Assembly (NCBI GenBank): GCA_000434335.1
Contig: FR878223.1
Span: 4,420 to 68,419, forward strand
Length of the DNA: 64,000 nucleotides
Reading direction: 5' to 3'
DNA from: Clostridium sp. CAG:492
Lineage (GTDB): Bacteria > Bacillota > Clostridia > TANB77 > CAG-508
Shown here: positions 62,296 through 64,000 of the stretch, piece by piece
Numbering within the stretch: the stretch's first letter is position 1
How the letters are laid out: every line of letters starts with the position of its first letter
The notes under the pieces: model-generated
Told to the model about the DNA's origin: nothing
Database searches by the model: none
The model's input: the letters and a program-made list of their open reading frames with translations, nothing else
Made by a program: the position numbers and the translations under genes

Positions 62296-63540
62296 ATGGA
62301 GGAGTTAACCTTGGCTGTTGGAGATATAATTGTAGGTATGGATATTGGTACTTCAAAAATCAGTCTTGTCATAGGTGAAGTAAACAATTTTGGTCAGATT
62401 GAAACAATTTGTAGTGCCAGCAATATGTGCAATGGAATTAAAAAAGGAAAAATAATAAATGAAGAAGAAGTAATAAGAACTATAGTAAAGACTATTGAAG
62501 ATGCTGAAACTGATTCAGACTTAAAAATAAATTCAGCATATATAACAATACATGGAAAAGATGTTACAATAGTACAAAATAGTGTGACAAAAGAAGTAAA
62601 AGATAGATATGCCGGAATATCTGCAAAAGATGTATCATCAGCAATAATGCAAGCAAAAGATATAGATGTACCGGAAAATAAAACAATAATAGATATAGTA
62701 GCAGAAAAATTCATATTAGATGATGGAAAAACAATATCAGATCCAATAGGAAGTTTCTGTGCATCATTTACATTAAAAGCACAAATAGTTCTTGCAAATA
62801 AAGAATATATAAGACAAATACATAATATTTTCAGAAAAGCAGATTTGGAAATTGATGGAATAGTTCCAATAACACTAGCAGAAAAAAATGTAGTGTTAGA
62901 TACAAACGAACTAAATGATAATATAATGATTCTTGACATTGGAGCAGGAAATACAGAAATTGGAGTTTTTGAAGGAACAGAATTTATATACACAAATACA
63001 ATTCCATTAGGTGGAGATAATATAACAAACGATATAGCGCTAGTTTTAAATATTTCAGTTGAAGAGGCTGATAAATTAAAAAAACAATATGGTTTAGCGA
63101 TGAAATCATATATTGACAATGACAATGAAATAATGTTAAATACATGTAAAGACGAAAATAAAAATAAAATTATAAAAAGTTCAGAGCTTATTGAAATAAT
63201 AGAAGCAAGAATAGAAGAAATGTTTAAACTTATAAATGATGATATAACAGCACACGGAGTAAAACAAAGAATAAACAATGTAGTTTTAACAGGCCAAGGA
63301 ATTGTAAATATTAGTAAAAGTGATGTAGCAGGAAAAGTAATTTTAAATATACCAGTAAAAATTTCAACAGGAAGAATGGTAAGCACTATAAGACCAGGTT
63401 ACAGAACTGCATATGCATTAGTTAGATATGTTGCATCAAGACAGTTTGCTAAAAATGTATCAAGCAGTATAGATACACACTCTGAAAAAAGTATAGTAAA
63501 AGTTATTTTAGAAAAGATTAAAGATTTTTTCTACTCGTAA
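62296..63540 (+). CDS. ftsA: Cell division protein FtsA
   Basis: Actin-fold motifs VGMDIGTSK, DIGAGNTEIGVF, GGDNITNDIA. 414 aa. Confidence 0.95.
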   Translation: MEELTLAVGDIIVGMDIGTSKISLVIGEVNNFGQIETICSASNMCNGIKKGKIINEEEVIRTIVKTIEDAETDSDLKINSAYITIHGKDVTIVQNSVTKEVKDRYAGISAKDVSSAIMQAKDIDVPENKTIIDIVAEKFILDDGKTISDPIGSFCASFTLKAQIVLANKEYIRQIHNIFRKADLEIDGIVPITLAEKNVVLDTNELNDNIMILDIGAGNTEIGVFEGTEFIYTNTIPLGGDNITNDIALVLNISVEEADKLKKQYGLAMKSYIDNDNEIMLNTCKDENKNKIIKSSELIEIIEARIEEMFKLINDDITAHGVKQRINNVVLTGQGIVNISKSDVAGKVILNIPVKISTGRMVSTIRPGYRTAYALVRYVASRQFAKNVSSSIDTHSEKSIVKVILEKIKDFFYS

Positions 63541-63614
63541 AATATGGAAGAGTATACAGAGTACTCAAAAAAGGATGTTATTAATTTTAATTTATAAATA
63601 GGGAGGAAAACATT

Positions 63615-64000
63615 ATGATAATGGATAGCGCAGAAGAAAGTGGAATAATGATAGATGGAACAGCTACAATAAAAGTAATTGGTGTAGGTGGAGGCGGAAC
63701 AAACGCCGTAAACAGAATGGTTGACTCAGGAATAAGAGGAGTAGAATTTGTAGCAGTAAATACAGATAGACAAGCATTATTATTATCAAAAGCTGCATCT
63801 AAAATACAAATAGGGGAAAAAATAACAAGAGGATTAGGAGCTGGAGCTAACCCTGATATTGGTGCACAAGCAGCTGAAGAAAGTAAATCTGAAATAACAG
63901 AAGCTTTACGAGGCGCAGACATGGTATTCGTAACAGCCGGAATGGGTGGACGGAACTGGAACTGGTGCAGCTCCAATAGTTGCAGCATGTGCTAAAGAAA
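63615..64000 (+). CDS. ftsZ: Cell division GTPase FtsZ. This is the N-terminal part, and the reading frame is broken by an apparent 1-nt insertion at 63951. The gene continues past the window edge.
   Basis: [17 protein letters not shown] and NTDRQAL are present. The sequence up to 63950 reads ...VFVTAGMGG. Dropping c63951 restores [16 protein letters not shown]. As given, the frame reads [14 protein letters not shown] and stops at 63993-63995. Confidence 0.9.

Noticed and set aside
62394-63386. 330-codon stop-free ORF antisense to ftsA. This looks remarkable for such AT-rich DNA.
   Set aside because: It lies in the antisense frame whose stops need sense dinucleotide contexts (T/C-ending codon followed by TAN, or T-ending codon followed by CAN). 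Those contexts are almost absent because the host strongly prefers A-ending codons. The product is low-complexity (Ser/Ile/Phe-rich) with no RBS. It is a codon-bias artefact, not a gene.

Overview
Very AT-rich chromosomal segment from a low-GC Firmicute. It looks clostridial and spore-forming, based on spoIVA, a SpoVB-like flippase, dpaA and a SpoVD-like PBP. I did not compute an exact GC value. There are about 60 genes, almost all on the + strand, plus 3 tRNAs. I saw no rRNA, CRISPR array, transposase or integrase. Housekeeping blocks are comM-dprA-yraN-rsmA, priA-def-fmt, hrcA-grpE-dnaK-dnaJ (with a CIRCE operator), rplI-dnaB, tilS...ftsH, rpsT, topA, trmFO, and the division cluster murA-ftsQ/divIB-3xDUF881-sbp-ftsA-ftsZ. 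The best candidate for an undescribed system is a tightly coupled five-gene operon at 10842-15718, directly upstream of priA. It encodes an S66 LdcA/MccF-type peptidase, a truncated MetRS-like class I aaRS paralogue with degenerate HIGH/KMSKS motifs, a ROK sugar kinase, a Pol-beta-type nucleotidyltransferase and a COG1533-type radical SAM enzyme. Other points worth a second look: (1) a solo HipA_C/CtkA-like kinase sits in the tilS-ftsH slot normally held by hpt; (2) a GC-rich orphan gene cassette lies between ftsH and rpsT; (3) a 33-bp perfect inverted repeat follows the SWIM-SNF2 helicase; (4) a 1-nt insertion breaks ftsZ inside the GGGTGTG signature at the right edge; (5) two codon-usage islands (dpaA; dnaB 3' end plus tilS) use G/T-ending codons, unlike their A-ending neighbours; (6) dpaA has no dpaB. 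All family calls come from by-eye motif recognition; no searches were run.
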